NCBI RefSeq assembly: GCF_902713615.1
Contig: NC_052146.1
Coordinates: forward strand, 71,071,238 to 71,135,237
Reading direction: 5' to 3'
From: Scyliorhinus canicula
Taxonomy: Eukaryota
DNA length: 64,000 bases
Numbering within the stretch: position 1 is the first letter of the stretch; every line of letters begins with the position of its first letter. Made by a program: the position numbers and the translations under genes. Positions 62,115 through 64,000 of the stretch are shown here, in pieces. A model generated the notes under the pieces. The model saw only the letters and a program-made list of their open reading frames with translations, was not told where the DNA came from and did no database searches.

Positions 62115-64000
62115 GTTCTTGATAAGTACGTACCAGTCAGGCAGGGAGGAAGGGGTCGAGCGAGGGAACCGTGGTTTACCAAAGAAGTGGAATCTCTTTT
62201 TAAGAGGAAGAAGGAGGCCTATGTGAAGATGAGGCGTGAAGTTTCAGTTGGGGCGCTTGATAGTTACAAGGAAGCGAGGAAGGATCTAAAGAGAGAGCTG
62301 AGACGAGCAAGGAGGGGACATGAGAAGTCTTTGGCAGGTAGGATCAAGGAAAACCCAAAAGCTTTCTATAGGTATGTCAGGAATAAAAGAATGACTAGGG
62401 TAAGAGTAGGGCCAGTCAAGGACAGTGGTGGGAAGTTGTGTGTGGAGGCTGAGGAGATAAGCGAGATACTAAATGAATACTTTTCGTCAGTATTCACTCA
62501 AGAAAAAGATAATATTGAGGAGGAGAATGCTGAGACCCAGGCTATTAGAATAGATGGCATTGAGGTGCGTAGGGAAGAAGTGTTGGCAATTCTGGACAAG
62601 GTGAAAATAGATAAGTCCCCGGGGCCGGATGGGATTTATCCTAGGATTCTCTGGGAAGCCAGGGAAGAGATTGCTGAGCCTTTGGCTTTGATTTTTAGGT
62701 CATCATTGGCTACAGGAATAGTGCCAGAGGACTGGAGGATAGCAAATGTGGTCCCTTTGTTCAAGAAGGGGAGTAGAGATAACCCCGGTAACTATAGGCC
62801 GGTGAGCCTCACGTCTGTGGTGGGTAAAGTCTTGGAGAGGATTATAAAAGATACGATTTATAATCATCTAGATAGGAATAATATGATTAGGGATAGTCAG
62901 CATGGTTTTGTGAAGGGTAGGTCATGCCTCACAAACCTTATCGAGTTCTTTGAGAAGGTGACTGAACAGGTAGACGAGGGTAGAGCAGTTGATGTGGTGT
63001 ATATGGATTTCAGTAAAGCGTTTGATAAGGTTCCCCACGGTCGGCTATTGCAGAAAATACGGAGGCTGGGGATTGAGGGTGATTTAGAGATGTGGATCAG
63101 AAATTGGCTAGTTGAAAGAAGACAGAGAGTGGTAGTTGATGGGAAATGTTCAGAATGGAGTTCAGTTACGAGTGGTGTACCACAAGGATCTGTTCTGGGG
63201 CCGTTGCTGTTTGTCATTTTTATAAATGACCTAGAGGAGGGCGCAGAAGGATGGGTGAGTAAATTTGCAGACGACACTAAAGTCGGTGGAGTTGTAGACA
63301 GTGCGGAAGGATGTTGCAGGTTACAGAGGGACATAGATAAGCTGCAGAGCTGGGCTGAGAGGTGGCAAATGGAGTTTAATGTGGAGAAGTGTGAGGTGAT
63401 TCACTTTGGAAAGAATAACAGGAATGCGGAATATTTGGCTAATGGTAAAATTCTTGGTAGTGTGGATGAGCAGAGGGATCTCGGTGTCCATGTACATAGA
63501 TCCCTGAAAGTTGCCACCCAGGTTGATAGGGTTGTGAAGAAGGCCTATGGTGTGTTGGCCTTTATTGGTAGAGGGATTGAGTTCCGGAGCCATGAGGTCA
63601 TGATGCAGCTGTACCAAACTCTGGTACGGCCGCATTTGGAGTATTGCGTACAGTTCTGGTCGCCTCATTATAGGAAGGACGTGGAAGCTTTGGAACGGGT
63701 GCAGAGGAGATTTACCAGGATGTTGCCTGGTATGGAGGGAAAATCTTATGAGGAAAGGCTGATGGACTTGAGGTTGTTTTCGTTAGAGAGAAGAAGGTTA
63801 AGAGGTGACTTAATAGAGGCATACAAAATGATCAGAGGGTTAGATAGGGTGGACAGCGAGAGCCTTCTCCCGCGGATGGAGGTGGCTAGCACGAGGGGAC
63901 ATAGCCTTAAATTGAGGGGTAATAGATATAGGACAGAGGTCAGAGGTGGGTTTTTTACGCAAAGAGTGGTGAGGCCGTGGAATGCCCTACCTGCAACAGT
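62115..64000 (+). mobile_element. Young 5'-truncated CR1 LINE with an uninterrupted ORF2 (RT) frame
   Basis: ~628 codons with no stop: KENPKAFYRYV, KSPGPDG, NYRPVSLTS, YMDFSKAFD, GVPQGSVLGP, KFADD (FADD at 63264-63275), FFTQRVV. Confidence 0.93.

Overview
This is vertebrate DNA from a cartilaginous fish (shark-type SINE/LINE repertoire, catshark-like; the species is inferred). The window holds about two tandem units, ~33.25 kb apart, of an immunoglobulin light-chain cluster. Each unit has one apparently functional minus-strand gene: octamer promoter, leader exon, a VJ exon already joined in the genome (no RSS), a ~2.3 kb intron and one C exon. This layout and the C sequence fit the lambda (type II/NS3) isotype. 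The rest of each unit contains a GT-rich minisatellite, one CTCF-type site and many mobile elements: an ORF1-only (half-L1-like) element, truncated L1 and CR1 copies, a Gmr1-type Gypsy element with integrase before RT, solo LTRs, Penelope-like fragments carrying a minimal hammerhead-ribozyme motif, a hAT MITE and tRNA-derived SINEs. The two units differ by ~3% across the gene but by roughly 8-18% in the distal spacer. Most entries in the ORF track are artefacts of the satellite or decayed TE frames. The track also misses the spliced Ig exons and an uninterrupted CR1 ORF2 that runs off the window end.
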